Source: Candidatus Omnitrophota bacterium
Lineage (GTDB): Bacteria; Omnitrophota; Omnitrophia; Omnitrophales; Danuiimicrobiaceae
Assembly: GCA_023247075.1 (NCBI GenBank)
Contig: JAHFHD010000003.1
Coordinates: forward strand, 1-44,161
Reading direction: 5' to 3'
Length of the DNA: 44,161 nucleotides
The notes under the pieces are model-generated. The model was not told the origin of the DNA. It saw nothing but the letters and a program-made list of their open reading frames with translations, and did not search any database. A program made the translations under genes and the position numbers. Below, one piece after another: positions 1 to 10,213 of this stretch (within the stretch, counting starts at the first letter, position 1; every line of letters starts with the position of its first letter).

Positions 1-149
1 CGGTGGTTGCTTTTTATTACATTCTCTTTGTTACCGGACGCACAGTTGCGATTAACGGGTATTTACCGGCGTGGATTGCGCTTTGGATTCCGAATGTACT
101 TTTAATGGTTATTGCTATTTTTCTAAGTCGCAAAGTTGTTCGGTTGTGA
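1..149 (+). CDS. C-terminal end of a membrane permease, LptF/LptG (YjgP/YjgQ)-like; the 5' part lies upstream of the window
   Basis: Frame 3 is open from the window edge to TGA at 147-149; it is absent from the ORF track because it has no in-window start. The translation ...GRTVAINGYLPAWIALWIPNVLLMVIAIFLSRKVVRL ends in a hydrophobic helix plus basic tail, as in LptF/G C-termini. The family call rests on resemblance only. Confidence 0.4.
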   Translation, partial: VVAFYYILFVTGRTVAINGYLPAWIALWIPNVLLMVIAIFLSRKVVRL

Positions 150-191
150 GACCTAAATCATTCTGGTAAAATTCTGCTGATCTTTGACAAA

Positions 192-632
192 GCGCGTTAC
201 TCCTGATTGATGATCGCTTCCACTTAGCTCTTAAGTTTTGGGGCAGATGAGTGGGAGAGGAAAGTCCGGGCTCCCTAGGAGCAGGGCGCTCCGTAATGCG
301 GAGGATTGCTTTCCTCAAGGGAAGCAAGACGGAAAGTGCCACAGAAAAGAAACAGCCCCGCATTTTTTTACGAGAAGTGTGGGGTTAAGGTGAAACGGCG
401 GTGTAAGAGACCACCGGCCCAATGGTGACAAAGGGCGCATGGTAAACCCCGTCCGGAGAAAGACTGAATAAGAGACAAAGCTCGCCATAAAAAATATCGA
501 GCTTGGGACTGCTCGTCCTAAAAGTCTCGGGTTAGTCGCATGAGGCTTCATGAGAGTGAAGTCCTAGACAGATGATCATCCTTTCCATTCATTTGGGAAG
601 ACAGAACTCGGCTTATTTCAGGAGTAACTCGC
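192..632 (+). ncRNA. rnpB: RNase P RNA, bacterial type A
   Basis: Conserved P4 strands GAGGAAAGTCCGGGCTCC (257-274) and ACAGAACTCGGCTTAT (601-616). Also AGTGCCACAGAAAAGAAACAGCC and GGTAAACCCC. The 5' GCGTTACTCCTGA (194-206) pairs with the 3' TCAGGAGTAAC (618-628) as P1. The ends are approximate. Confidence 0.93.
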
Positions 633-664
633 TTTGTTTTTAAAAATTGAATTAAATTTTGAAC

Positions 665-693
665 TTGACGCATTTTAATTCTTCGAGTACATT
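665..693 (+). promoter_or_regulatory. Candidate sigma70-type promoter of the pyr operon
   Basis: TTGACG (665-670), 17-nt spacer, TACATT (688-693), just upstream of the PyrR-binding leader. Confidence 0.4.
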
Positions 694-704
694 TTAGTTC
701 AGCA

Positions 705-737
705 CCTTTTAATCTGGTCCAGAGAGGCCGGAAAAGG
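705..737 (+). promoter_or_regulatory. PyrR-binding loop (pyr mRNA leader, anti-antiterminator element)
   Basis: CCUUUUAAUCUGGUCCAGAGAGGCCGGAAAAGG contains the conserved PyrR recognition core UCCAGAGAGGC. It is closed by CCUUUU/AAAAGG pairing and lies in the 5' leader of pyrR. Confidence 0.8.
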
Positions 738-781
738 AAATGATGAGATTTTCAAAAAAAGCAAAAAATAAAAAATTTAAG

Positions 782-809
782 AGCTCACCAATCGGTGGGC
801 TATTTTTTT
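782..809 (+). terminator. Intrinsic terminator of the pyr attenuator
   Basis: 8-bp stem AGCTCACC / GGTGGGCT (one G-U pair) with loop AATC, followed by ATTTTTTT. It sits 20 nt before the pyrR ATG. Confidence 0.7.
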
Positions 810-828
810 AACCAAAACCTGAGTCAAA

Positions 829-1371
829 ATGACACAGAATAAACAAATTATGAATTCTGATGAGATGGACAGGGCGATTACGCGCATTGCTCACGAAATC
901 CTTGAGAAAAACAAGGGGACTCATCAGATGGTTTTGGTTGGCATTCATACCGGCGGCGCCATACTTGCAAAACAATTTCAGGAAAAAATTAAAAATATTG
1001 AAAGCCGCGAAGTTCCCCTTGGTTCACTTGACATCACGCTCTACCGGGATGATCTTTCAGAAATTGGTCCGCAGCCCAATATTGGTGAAACAGAAATTGA
1101 GTTTGATGTGAGCGGGAAAACCATTGTTCTTGTGGATGACGTTTTATTTACTGGCCGAACTGTACGCTGCGCGCTCGACGCTCTGATTGATTTGGGGCGG
1201 CCGCGCACGATTCAATTAGCAGTTCTGATTGACCGCGGACACCGCGAACTTCCAATTAAGCCCGATTTTGTTGGAAAAAATATTCCAACTGCAAAAGAAG
1301 AAGAAGTGGTCGTTGTGTTTGGAGAAAATGAGTCAAGCAATTGCGTTTTAATCCAAAGAAAGGATGTCTAG
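829..1371 (+). CDS. pyrR: Bifunctional pyrimidine operon regulator / uracil phosphoribosyltransferase PyrR
   Basis: 180 aa. Contains the PRTase motif [12 protein letters not shown] and PyrR-typical IAHEILEKN and LDITLYRDD. Preceded by the PyrR-binding attenuator. Confidence 0.95.
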   Translation: MTQNKQIMNSDEMDRAITRIAHEILEKNKGTHQMVLVGIHTGGAILAKQFQEKIKNIESREVPLGSLDITLYRDDLSEIGPQPNIGETEIEFDVSGKTIVLVDDVLFTGRTVRCALDALIDLGRPRTIQLAVLIDRGHRELPIKPDFVGKNIPTAKEEEVVVVFGENESSNCVLIQRKDV

Positions 1372-2324
1372 TGCCTTCTGTTTGGAAAAGAAAAGATTTA
1401 GTAGGGCTAAAGGATTTGACAGCTGAAGAAATCCAGTTGCTTCTTGACACCGCAAAATCGCTTCAGCAAGTTTCGCTTCGGCCGGTGAAGAAGGTCCCAA
1501 CGCTTCGTGGCCGCACCGTGGCTAATTTATTTTTTGAGCCCAGCACACGAACGCGAATTTCATTTGAACTTGCAGAAAAACGTTTAAGCGCTGACACCAT
1601 TCAATTTACAGGTTCTAACTCAAGTGCGGTAAAGGGAGAAAATCTCAAAGACACAGTACGGAACATTGAAGCGCTCAAAGTGGATTTGATTGTGATGAGA
1701 CATTTTTCTTCCGGCGCACCGCATAGGCTTGCCCAATCTCTTCCGGTAAGCGTTGTAAATGCGGGAGATGGAATTAACGAGCATCCAACACAAGCGCTTC
1801 TAGACATGTTTACCATCCGCGAAAAAAAAGGAACACTTTCCGGGATTCAGGTGGCGTTTGTTGGTGACATACTTCATAGCCGTGTTGCGCGTTCCAATAT
1901 TTGGGGCCTCACAAAACTTGGCGCAAAAGTTACGGTGTGCGCTCCCAAGACATTGCTTCCGGCTGGAATTGAAACATTTGGAGTGCGTGTGACGAGTAGT
2001 CTTGAAGAAGCAATTCGTGATGCAGATGTGATTAATCTGCTCCGAATCCAAACGGAGCGCCAGGACGAATGTTATTTTCCAAGCATTCGTGAATATGCAA
2101 ACAATTATCAAATCAATAGCGAAATTTTGAAGCGCGCGAAGCCAGATGTTTTAATTATGCATCCGGGACCTGTCAATCGCGGGATTGAACTCTCAAGTGA
2201 AGTGATGGATGGTCCCTATTCAGTGATTCTAGACCAGGTGACTAATGGGCTCGCCGTTCGGATGGCAGTGCTCTACCTTTTGAGTGGAACAAGGCGGGGC
2301 GGCAGAAAGGTGAACGGCTCATGA
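1371..2324 (+). CDS. pyrB: Aspartate carbamoyltransferase catalytic chain
   Basis: Motifs [17 protein letters not shown] and HPGP. The ORF track starts at TTG 1341. GTG 1371 overlaps the pyrR stop (TAGTG) and gives a more typical N-terminus; start choice is uncertain. Confidence 0.93.
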   Translation: MPSVWKRKDLVGLKDLTAEEIQLLLDTAKSLQQVSLRPVKKVPTLRGRTVANLFFEPSTRTRISFELAEKRLSADTIQFTGSNSSAVKGENLKDTVRNIEALKVDLIVMRHFSSGAPHRLAQSLPVSVVNAGDGINEHPTQALLDMFTIREKKGTLSGIQVAFVGDILHSRVARSNIWGLTKLGAKVTVCAPKTLLPAGIETFGVRVTSSLEEAIRDADVINLLRIQTERQDECYFPSIREYANNYQINSEILKRAKPDVLIMHPGPVNRGIELSSEVMDGPYSVILDQVTNGLAVRMAVLYLLSGTRRGGRKVNGS

Positions 2325-3607
2325 GCGACAATCTTTTACTCAAACAAATTCACGTTATTGATCCAAAGAATCATGTGGACGCACGTCTTGATGTCGCGAT
2401 TCAAAATGGAATCGTCACTGAAATAAAAAAAGAAATATTAAATTCAAGCGGCAAAGTGATTGATGGAAAGAAATTACATTTATTACCAGGTTTGATTGAC
2501 ATGCATGTCCACTTTCGCGAACCTGGATTTGAGCAAAAGGAAACCATTGTGACAGGGTCAAAAGCAGCCATCGGCGGCGGGTTTGTTGCGGCAGTAACCA
2601 TGCCCAACACTCATCCACCCTGCGACCATCAAAGCGTCATTGACAACATTATTCGGAAAGCAAATGAAGTCCCATTTTATATTTTTCCAGCGGCAACAAT
2701 GACAAAAGGGCGCAGTGGAAAAGAACTTTCTGAAATGGCAGATCTAAAACGCGCGGGCGCGCGAGCGGTGACAGATGATGGAGACTGGGTGAGTGATTCA
2801 CTGCTGATGCGTCGGGCAATGGAGTATGCCTCCATGTTGGATTTGCTCGTGGTGTCTCACGCTGAAGACAAAAGACTTTCCGGCAAAGGAGTGATGAATG
2901 AAGGTGTGCATTCAACCGAACTCGGGCTTCACGGAATTCCAAATGCAAGTGAAGTGGTGGCCGTGAACCGGGATATTTTGCTTGCCGAATTAACAGGCGC
3001 ACGTCTTCACGTGACGCATATTTCAACAAAAGGAGCCTGTGAAGCAATTCAGGCCGCAAAGAAAAAAGGAATTCAAGTAACAGCGGATGTAACACCGCAT
3101 CACTTGAGTTTGACCGATCAAGCAATTGCTGATTATGACACTAATTTTAAAATGAATCCACCGCTTCGGTCCGAAGATGACCGCAAAGCAATTTTAGAAG
3201 CACTTGCAAATGGAACGATTGATGCCATTGCAACAGACCATGCACCTCACACGGATGAAGAAAAAATGATGGAGTTTCAGGATGCTCCGGTGGGCGTGAC
3301 GGGAGTAGAAACCGCGCTTGGTGTTGTGCTCACCGAGCTTTACCACAAGCAAGTGCTTGACCTTGCAAACATTGCAGCCAAAATGTCGCTTCGTCCGGCT
3401 GAGCTTCTCAAATTACCGAAGGGATTTGGTGAAATTCAAATTGGCTCTGAGGCGAATTTAACGCTCGTGGATGTTAATTTGGAGTGGGTGGTCAAAAGAG
3501 ATGAATTTATTTCTAAGTCAAAAAATTCATGTTTCATCGGAAAAACGCTTCGCGGAAAAGCGGTTGGAACTATTTGTAAAGGAAAGTTATGGGAAAAGCA
3601 GTTTTAG
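2321..3607 (+). CDS. pyrC: Dihydroorotase
   Basis: 428 aa. Metal-binding [10 protein letters not shown] and ATDHAPH. ATGA overlap with the pyrB stop. Confidence 0.95.
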   Translation: MSDNLLLKQIHVIDPKNHVDARLDVAIQNGIVTEIKKEILNSSGKVIDGKKLHLLPGLIDMHVHFREPGFEQKETIVTGSKAAIGGGFVAAVTMPNTHPPCDHQSVIDNIIRKANEVPFYIFPAATMTKGRSGKELSEMADLKRAGARAVTDDGDWVSDSLLMRRAMEYASMLDLLVVSHAEDKRLSGKGVMNEGVHSTELGLHGIPNASEVVAVNRDILLAELTGARLHVTHISTKGACEAIQAAKKKGIQVTADVTPHHLSLTDQAIADYDTNFKMNPPLRSEDDRKAILEALANGTIDAIATDHAPHTDEEKMMEFQDAPVGVTGVETALGVVLTELYHKQVLDLANIAAKMSLRPAELLKLPKGFGEIQIGSEANLTLVDVNLEWVVKRDEFISKSKNSCFIGKTLRGKAVGTICKGKLWEKQF

Positions 3608-4728
3608 CGCTTGAAGACGGTTTGATTTTCCGGGGCGAGTCATTCGGAAAAATTGGGGAAACTTCTGGTGAAGTGGTTTTTAATACTTCGCTTAGCGGTT
3701 ACCAGGAGATTTTGACTGACCCATCTTACAAAGGTCAAATCGTTTCAATGACTAATCCTCACATTGGTAATTACGGAATTAATTCCGAAGATGCGGAATC
3801 AAGGCGGCCATGGGTGGAAGGATTTGTGGTGCGGGAGCTGAGTCCTATTGTGAGCAACTGGCGTGCTGAAAAATCACTCGACCAATATTTGAAGGAATGG
3901 GAGATTTGTGGAATCAGCGGAATCGATACGCGTAGACTGGTGAAGCATTTGCGAGATTTTGGGGCAAAGAAGGGTGTTATTTCAAGTGTGGATTTGGATG
4001 AAGGTCGGCTTGTAAAGAAAGCAAAAGACGCTCCAAGTATTGTGGGAGTTGATTTAGTGAAGGAAGTAAGTTGCGAAGCTGCATATGACTTTAATGAATC
4101 TCTACCAAGTGATTTTATGTGGCCTGAAAAATCCGCTGAAATATGTCGGTCGCGGCAAAAGCATTTTGTGGTTTGCGTGGATGGAGGAATCAAATTCAAT
4201 ATTTTACGAAAACTAAACCAGCACGGATTTCGCGTTAGGGTGGTTCCTGCACAAACAACAGCTGAGCAAATTTTAGCCCTCAAACCCAAAGGAGTTTTTT
4301 ATTCCAATGGGCCGGGTGACCCGGAGCCGGTCACTTATTTGTGGCAGGAGATGCGAAAATTAGTTGGAAAAGTTCCAATTTTTGGAATTTGTCTTGGGCA
4401 TCAAATGGTGGGTCTTGCGCTCGGAGCCAAAACGTACAAACTTAAGTTTGGTCATCGAGGAGGAAATCATCCGGTAATGGATTTGAAATCAAAACGGATT
4501 GAAATTACTTCTCAAAATCATGGTTTCTGCGTGGATGAAAAGTCACTTCCTCTGGATGGACTAGAATGCACCCACATCAATTTAAATGACCGGACTGTGG
4601 AAGGACTCAGACACAAGAAAGTCCCGCTTTTCTCAGTTCAATACCATCCTGAAAATTCGCCTGGTCCGCATGACTCTGACTATTTATTCAGCCGTTTTTA
4701 CGCGATGGTCGACCATGGTGTGTGGTGA
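3589..4728 (+). CDS. carA: Carbamoyl-phosphate synthase small (glutaminase) subunit
   Basis: 379 aa. Motifs GEVVFNTSLSGYQEILTDPSY, catalytic GICLGHQ and HRGGNHP...QYHPE. Confidence 0.97.
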   Translation: MGKAVLALEDGLIFRGESFGKIGETSGEVVFNTSLSGYQEILTDPSYKGQIVSMTNPHIGNYGINSEDAESRRPWVEGFVVRELSPIVSNWRAEKSLDQYLKEWEICGISGIDTRRLVKHLRDFGAKKGVISSVDLDEGRLVKKAKDAPSIVGVDLVKEVSCEAAYDFNESLPSDFMWPEKSAEICRSRQKHFVVCVDGGIKFNILRKLNQHGFRVRVVPAQTTAEQILALKPKGVFYSNGPGDPEPVTYLWQEMRKLVGKVPIFGICLGHQMVGLALGAKTYKLKFGHRGGNHPVMDLKSKRIEITSQNHGFCVDEKSLPLDGLECTHINLNDRTVEGLRHKKVPLFSVQYHPENSPGPHDSDYLFSRFYAMVDHGVW

Positions 4729-4748
4729 AAAATCTTACAAGTGCTTAG

Positions 4749-7700
4749 ATGCCAAAGCGAACAGACATTAAAAAAATACTTTTGATTGGTTCTGGCCCCA
4801 TCATCATCGGGCAAGGCTGCGAGTTTGACTATTCGGGCACTCAAGCCTGTAAAGCACTTCGTGAAGAAGGGTATCAAGTGGTGCTTGTTAATTCCAATCC
4901 CGCTACCATTATGACCGACCCAGAGGTTGCTGACCGCACGTATATCGAACCCATTACAGTTGAGGTGCTTGAAAAAATAATCGAGCGTGAACGGCCAGAA
5001 GCATGTCTTCCAACTATGGGCGGACAAACCGGCCTCAACACTGCAGTTGAAGCATATGAAAAAGGAATTTTTGAGCGCTACGGAGTTGAGCTGATTGGAG
5101 TGAAGTACGAAGCGGTGAAGAAAGCCGAAGACAGGTCTCAATTTCGAAAAGCGATGCTGCGCATTGGACTCGATCTTCCAGATTCACGTTGCGTTTATTC
5201 AGTGGAAGAAGCGCATCAAGCGGCGCTTGAAATTGGTTACCCCGTAGTGGTGCGGCCGAGCTTCACGCTTGGCGGTTCAGGTAGTGGAATTTGTTTTAAT
5301 GCAAATGAACTTTCGCGCACTGCTCGGCTTGGTCTTGAATACAGTATGGTGCATGAGGTGTTGATTGAGGAATGTATTTTGGGTTGGAAAGAGTTTGAGC
5401 TTGAAGTGATGCGAGATGTGCGCGACAACTTCGTTGTGATTTGTTCGATTGAAAATTTGGACCCAATGGGAATTCATACGGGAGATTCCATTACTGTTGC
5501 GCCGGCACAAACACTCACAGACAAAGAATATCAAAGGATGCGCGACGCTGCCCGGCTTGTCATTTCTGAAATTGGAATTGAAACAGGCGGGTCAAACATT
5601 CAATTTGCCATTCATCCAGGAACTGGCCGGATGGTGGTGATTGAAATGAATCCCCGCGTGTCGCGCTCTTCAGCGCTTGCGTCCAAAGCAACGGGATTTC
5701 CAATTGCAAAGTTTGCAGCCAAACTGGCTGTTGGAATGTCTCTTGATGAAATTCCAAATGACATTACCAAATACACGCCGGCCGGATTTGAACCCTCAAT
5801 TGATTATTGCGTTGTAAAAATTCCGCGTTTTGCTTTTGAAAAATTTGAAGGAGTGGATGACCAACTCACGACTCAAATGAAGTCAGTTGGTGAGACAATG
5901 GCAATCGGTCGCACATTTAAAGAAGCGTTTCAGAAAGGTTTGCGCGGCCTTGAAACAGGACGTTTTGGTCTGGGCGGGGACGGACACGACCGGTTTTTTG
6001 ATCTTCGAATTAAAACCCATAGTGAGCTGCTTCAATTTCTTCAGGAAATCAAAACCGAAGAGAATCGTAAAAAAATTTTGAATTATATTTCTAAACCAAA
6101 AGCAGACCGCGTGTTTTACCTGGGGTATGCGTTTCACGCAGGTTATTCAGTATGGGAGATTCATCAAATAACGGGAATTGATTCATGGTTTCTGGAACAG
6201 ATTCGCGAGATTACCGCACTTGAATCTGAAATTCTAAAATGCGAAAAAATATCAAGTGCAACTCCTGAGCTCATCAGGAAAGCAAAACGATTTGGTTTTT
6301 CAGACCGGCAGCTTGCGTTTTGTCTTAATGGAGCAGAGCAAGATGTCCGTGAATTTAGGGGGAAGAATGGAATTCAGGCCGTGTTTAAACTGGTGGACAC
6401 TTGCGCTGCTGAATTCAAAGCCTACACGCCTTATTTTTATTCAACTTATGAAGAAGAGGATGAAACCATTCCAAGTGAAAAGAAAAAAGTAATGATTTTG
6501 GGCGGTGGCCCAAATCGAATTGGTCAGGGGATTGAGTTTGACTATTGCTGCGTGCACGCGGCTTTTGCACTTCGGGACTTGGGTTATGAAACATTAATGG
6601 TCAATTCAAATCCAGAAACGGTGAGTACAGACTATGACACTTCAGACAAACTTTTCTTTGAACCACTGACACTTGAAGACGTGCTCAATATTGTGGACCG
6701 CGAGAAGCCAGAAGGAGTGATTGTCCAATTAGGCGGCCAGACGCCGCTTAATCTAGCGAATGGACTTGAAGCAAATGGGCTCAAAATTCTCGGGACGTCG
6801 ACTAAATCCATTAACATGGCAGAAGACCGGAAATTATTTCGGGACTTGCTCAACCAGATTGGAATGAAACAACCCAAGAGCCGGATTGTGGCCACTGCTG
6901 ACCAAGCTTATGAGGCTGCAAAAGTGGTGGGTTACCCGGTGCTCATCCGACCTTCTTTTGTGCTCGGCGGCCGGGCCATGGAAATTGTTTACGATGAAGC
7001 AGGCCTCAGAAAATACATTCATCACGCGGTGGAAGCAAGTGGTGAGAATCCTGTTTTAATCGACCAGTTTCTTGAAGATGCAGTTGAAATTGACGTCGAT
7101 TTGATTGGCGACGGACACCACTTTGTGGTTGGCGGCGTGCTTGAGCATATTGAAGAAGCTGGAGTTCATTCTGGAGACGCCGCTATGGCGCTTCCACCAT
7201 TTTCTATTTCAAAAAAATTAATTCAGGAGCTCATTGATAAAACCAAGCAGCTTGCCCGCGAGCTTGACATTCGCGGACTCATGAATGTTCAATACGCCAT
7301 TAAGGATGGTGAAATTTACTGTCTTGAAGCCAATCCGCGCGCTTCCCGAACCGTGCCGTTTGTGAGTAAGGCAATTGGTGTGCCGCTTGCTAAGCTTGCA
7401 GCACAAATCATGGTAGGTAAGACACTTGAAGAGCTTGGATTTGTAAAGGAAATCACACCAAACTATTTTTCAATTAAGGAATCTGTTTTCCCATTCGTCA
7501 AATTTCCAGGTGTGGACATCATTTTGTCTCCAGAAATGAAGTCAACTGGTGAAGTAATGGCAATTGATGAAGACTTTGGTCTTGCGGTGTACAAATCTCA
7601 GCAGGCTGCTTACAGCCGGATTCCATCTGATGGCACCGTATTTTTTAGCGTGAAGGATGCGGACAAGAAGAAAGCACTCGCAGTCGCAAAAGATTTAATC

Positions 7701-8075
7701 CGGCTTGGCTACAAACTCGTGTGTACGCGCGGAACGAGTGAGTATTTGGCAAAATTTAATGTTGAAACAGAAGTCGTGCACAAATTAAGTGACGCACATC
7801 CCAATGTGGAAGACCGGCTCCGTGCAAAGGAGATTGCGTTTGTCATTAATACGCCGACCGGAAAAGGTCCGATGCTGGATGAAGCAAAAATTCGCTCACT
7901 TGCTGTTTCATTTAACATTCCCTGCATCACGACGTTGAATGCAGCAAAGGCGATTGTTCAGGCAATCGAATCATTTCGAAAAAAAGGACTTTCAGTGAAG
8001 TCGCTTCAGGAATATCAAGGGTCAAGAAACGCTTATTGTCATCCTGAGCAAAGCGAAGGATCTCGCATTTGCTAG
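4749..8075 (+). CDS. carB: Carbamoyl-phosphate synthase large subunit; the last 12 codons plus stop are supplied by a repeat element
   Basis: 1108 aa. Starts [30 protein letters not shown], with duplicated ATP-grasp halves and an MGS-like C-terminal domain. The tail [12 protein letters not shown] (8037-8075) lies inside a repeat copy. Confidence 0.97.
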   Translation: MPKRTDIKKILLIGSGPIIIGQGCEFDYSGTQACKALREEGYQVVLVNSNPATIMTDPEVADRTYIEPITVEVLEKIIERERPEACLPTMGGQTGLNTAVEAYEKGIFERYGVELIGVKYEAVKKAEDRSQFRKAMLRIGLDLPDSRCVYSVEEAHQAALEIGYPVVVRPSFTLGGSGSGICFNANELSRTARLGLEYSMVHEVLIEECILGWKEFELEVMRDVRDNFVVICSIENLDPMGIHTGDSITVAPAQTLTDKEYQRMRDAARLVISEIGIETGGSNIQFAIHPGTGRMVVIEMNPRVSRSSALASKATGFPIAKFAAKLAVGMSLDEIPNDITKYTPAGFEPSIDYCVVKIPRFAFEKFEGVDDQLTTQMKSVGETMAIGRTFKEAFQKGLRGLETGRFGLGGDGHDRFFDLRIKTHSELLQFLQEIKTEENRKKILNYISKPKADRVFYLGYAFHAGYSVWEIHQITGIDSWFLEQIREITALESEILKCEKISSATPELIRKAKRFGFSDRQLAFCLNGAEQDVREFRGKNGIQAVFKLVDTCAAEFKAYTPYFYSTYEEEDETIPSEKKKVMILGGGPNRIGQGIEFDYCCVHAAFALRDLGYETLMVNSNPETVSTDYDTSDKLFFEPLTLEDVLNIVDREKPEGVIVQLGGQTPLNLANGLEANGLKILGTSTKSINMAEDRKLFRDLLNQIGMKQPKSRIVATADQAYEAAKVVGYPVLIRPSFVLGGRAMEIVYDEAGLRKYIHHAVEASGENPVLIDQFLEDAVEIDVDLIGDGHHFVVGGVLEHIEEAGVHSGDAAMALPPFSISKKLIQELIDKTKQLARELDIRGLMNVQYAIKDGEIYCLEANPRASRTVPFVSKAIGVPLAKLAAQIMVGKTLEELGFVKEITPNYFSIKESVFPFVKFPGVDIILSPEMKSTGEVMAIDEDFGLAVYKSQQAAYSRIPSDGTVFFSVKDADKKKALAVAKDLIRLGYKLVCTRGTSEYLAKFNVETEVVHKLSDAHPNVEDRLRAKEIAFVINTPTGKGPMLDEAKIRSLAVSFNIPCITTLNAAKAIVQAIESFRKKGLSVKSLQEYQGSRNAYCHPEQSEGSRIC

Positions 8076-8126
8076 ATTCTTCCCCTGCAGATGATTGCAA
8101 GATTCTTTTGCAGGGTTAGAATGACA
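8037..8126. repeat. MITE-like modular repeat, short copy (TGTCATCCTGAGC ... TTAGAATGACA)
   Basis: Shares the modules GTCATCCTGAGC / GAAGGATCTCGCATT / GCTAGATTCTTC / AGAATGACA with 7 other sites in the window. Has an internal CCCTGCA...TGCAGGG hairpin. Confidence 0.85.
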
Positions 8127-8157
8127 AAAATTTACCAAACCAAAATTAATAAAAATC

Positions 8158-8931
8158 ATGTTTGATGAAACGGTCGCAATTCTTGAAAACAAGCGTGTCA
8201 ACGCGGAGTATTACAAGCTTACTTTCCATTCAAAGCGGATTGCAAAGTTTGCTCAGCCGGGCCAATTCCTAAACGTTCAAATTGAAACACATTCCGACCC
8301 ATTTTTAAGAAGGCCATTCAGTTTCTACAGGGTTCAGGGTGCAAAAGTTGAACTTTTGTATGAAATACTTGGCCGCGGAACCGAACTCTTGTCGCAAAAA
8401 GCGAAAGGAGCAAGCCTTCGAGTTTTGGGTCCACTTGGCATTCCATTTACAAAAAACTTGAAGGGAAGAAAACGAGTACTGGTTGCGGGTGGGGTGGGAG
8501 TTCCGCCGCTTGTTTTTTTGGCTGAGCAGGTGAAACAGGAAAAAAAACATTCTGTCCTCATGATTGGCTGCCGGTCCAAAGCTGAAGTATTGCCGCGCAA
8601 GGAATTAGCAAACTTAAAAAGTTTGGTGGAGTATGCAACTGACGACGGCTCCTTTGGAAGCAAGGGGTTTGTGACTGTTCTGCTCGAAGTTTTACTTCAG
8701 CGGGAAAATCCAAAAAATCTTTTTATTCAAACCTGCGGGCCGCATGCAATGATGGCGCAGGTGATTCGCCTTGCAAAAAAATATGGTGTGGAGGGCGAAG
8801 CTTCAATTGATGAACGGATGGCGTGCGGCGTAGGTGCTTGTCTTGGTTGTGTGGTGGAGACGACAGATGGTTTCAAGACAAGCTGTGTGGAAGGACCGGT
8901 TTTTAATTTTTCGAATTTGCTGTCATCTTGA
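8158..8931 (+). CDS. pyrK: Dihydroorotate dehydrogenase B, electron-transfer (FAD/2Fe-2S) subunit
   Basis: 257 aa. RRPFSF flavin motif and C-terminal cluster motif CGVGACLGCVV...C. Adjacent to pyrD. The stop codon lies in a repeat copy. Confidence 0.9.
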   Translation: MFDETVAILENKRVNAEYYKLTFHSKRIAKFAQPGQFLNVQIETHSDPFLRRPFSFYRVQGAKVELLYEILGRGTELLSQKAKGASLRVLGPLGIPFTKNLKGRKRVLVAGGVGVPPLVFLAEQVKQEKKHSVLMIGCRSKAEVLPRKELANLKSLVEYATDDGSFGSKGFVTVLLEVLLQRENPKNLFIQTCGPHAMMAQVIRLAKKYGVEGEASIDERMACGVGACLGCVVETTDGFKTSCVEGPVFNFSNLLSS

Positions 8932-9058
8932 GCTCTTCGCTGTGTCATCCTGAGCGCAGCGAAGGATCTCGCATTCGCTAGATTCTTCCGCCAAAATACT
9001 GGCGGACAAGTCAGTTCGCCCCGCAAAATAAATTTGCAGGGCTGCGCTCAGAATGACA
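8919..9058. repeat. MITE-like modular repeat copy
   Basis: TGCTGTCATCTTGAGCTCTTCGCTGTGTCATCCTGAGCGCAGCGAAGGATCTCGCATTCGCTAGATTCTTC ... GCTCAGAATGACA. Same modules as 38735-38880 and 41865-42005. Confidence 0.85.
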
Positions 9059-9068
9059 AAGGGACAAA

Positions 9069-10019
9069 ATGAATAAAATTAATCTCACGACTAAAATTGG
9101 AACACTTGTCTTTAAAAATCCAGTGACAGTTGCTTCCGGAACCTTTGGGTCAAAGGGCGAGTATGCGCATTATTTCCCACTTGAAAGATTGGGTGCAGTC
9201 GTCACGAAGACAGTGACGCGTGCACCGAGGCGAGGAAATCAAATGCCCCGCATTTGGGAAACGCCAAGTGGCATGCTCAATTCAATTGGCCTGCAAAATA
9301 AAGGAATTGATGATTTTATTGAACATAAAATTCCCTATTTTCAAAACATCAAAACACATCTGATTGTCAACATTGCCGGAGAAAGTGTGGATGATTTTGT
9401 TTATTTGGCGAAGAGACTCGACTCGGTTAAAGGGGTGTCTGCACTTGAACTTAACATTTCATGTCCAAATGTAAAAAAGGGACTTGAATTTTGTGCGCGG
9501 CCGGATCTTGCGTTTGAAGTTGTGCGCGAAGTGAAGCAAGCAACAAAGCTTCCTATTTTCACAAAACTTTCTCCGGAAGCGCGTGATTTTCTTGGCGTCA
9601 CAGAGGCGGTAATCAAAGCAGGTACAAATGGCGTAAGTCTGATTAATACCATCCGAGGAATGGCTGTGGACATTGAGAAGCGAACGCCGCAGCTCGCGAA
9701 TATTTTTGGGGGATTGAGCGGGCCCGCGATTCGGCCAATTGCTTTGCGTTATGTTTATGAAGTAAAGCAGGCTTTTGATATTCCCGTGATTGCGATGGGT
9801 GGAATTTCAACGGCTCAAGACGCACTTGAATTTCTCATCACAGGAGCGGATTTGGTTGCGGTGGGAACAGCAACTTTTGTCAACCCGACTGCGCCTATTG
9901 AAGTGGTGAGCGGCATCGAAGCTTACCTCAAAAGAAAAAAGCATACATCAGTTTCAGACATCCGTGGAACACTTAAAGTCAATCAAGAGCAGAAATCAAA
10001 TGGTGCAACAGCTGGTTAA
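9069..10019 (+). CDS. pyrD: Dihydroorotate dehydrogenase B, catalytic subunit (class 1B)
   Basis: 316 aa. Motifs NPVTVASGTFG, NSIGLQN, LELNISCPN and GGISTAQDALEF. Confidence 0.95.
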   Translation: MNKINLTTKIGTLVFKNPVTVASGTFGSKGEYAHYFPLERLGAVVTKTVTRAPRRGNQMPRIWETPSGMLNSIGLQNKGIDDFIEHKIPYFQNIKTHLIVNIAGESVDDFVYLAKRLDSVKGVSALELNISCPNVKKGLEFCARPDLAFEVVREVKQATKLPIFTKLSPEARDFLGVTEAVIKAGTNGVSLINTIRGMAVDIEKRTPQLANIFGGLSGPAIRPIALRYVYEVKQAFDIPVIAMGGISTAQDALEFLITGADLVAVGTATFVNPTAPIEVVSGIEAYLKRKKHTSVSDIRGTLKVNQEQKSNGATAG

Positions 10020-10022
10020 TAC

Positions 10023-10177
10023 CTTGAGTTCTGCACTTTTTTCCCTCGCCCCTACAGGGGGAGAGGGCAGGGTGAGGGGGATGTAAAGTGCTTGTATTTT
10101 TTCACCCTCACCCCAACCCTCTCCCTCTGCTTCGCGAGGGAGAGGGGAATTGATTTAAAAAATTTGTAGAACTCAAG
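10023..10177. repeat. MITE-like repeat bounded by CTTGAGTTCTGCA / TGTAGAACTCAAG, with three internal G/C-rich palindromes
   Basis: Outer inverted repeat plus inner hairpins CCCTCGCCCCTACAGGGGGAGAGGG, GGGTGAGGGGG...CACCCTCACCCC and CCCTCTCCCTCTGCTTCGCGAGGGAGAGGGG. Flanked by TTAATA on both sides. Confidence 0.85.
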
Positions 10178-10213
10178 TTAATAATTTAAAAATTAAATGA
10201 AAGTTAAGAATTA

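Noticed and set aside
115-551. Two minus-strand ORFs (115-363 and 315-551)
   Set aside because: They lie antisense inside the RNase P RNA gene, whose conserved motifs explain the region. They have no RBS and their composition looks like translated structured RNA.
2649-5141. Long antisense ORFs inside pyrC, carA and carB (2649-3125, 3771-4289, 4698-5141)
   Set aside because: These are shadow frames opposite strongly supported, motif-rich genes. The same applies to the other short overlapping ORFs in the track, such as 860-1111, 1800-2111, 8334-8663 and 26830-27153.
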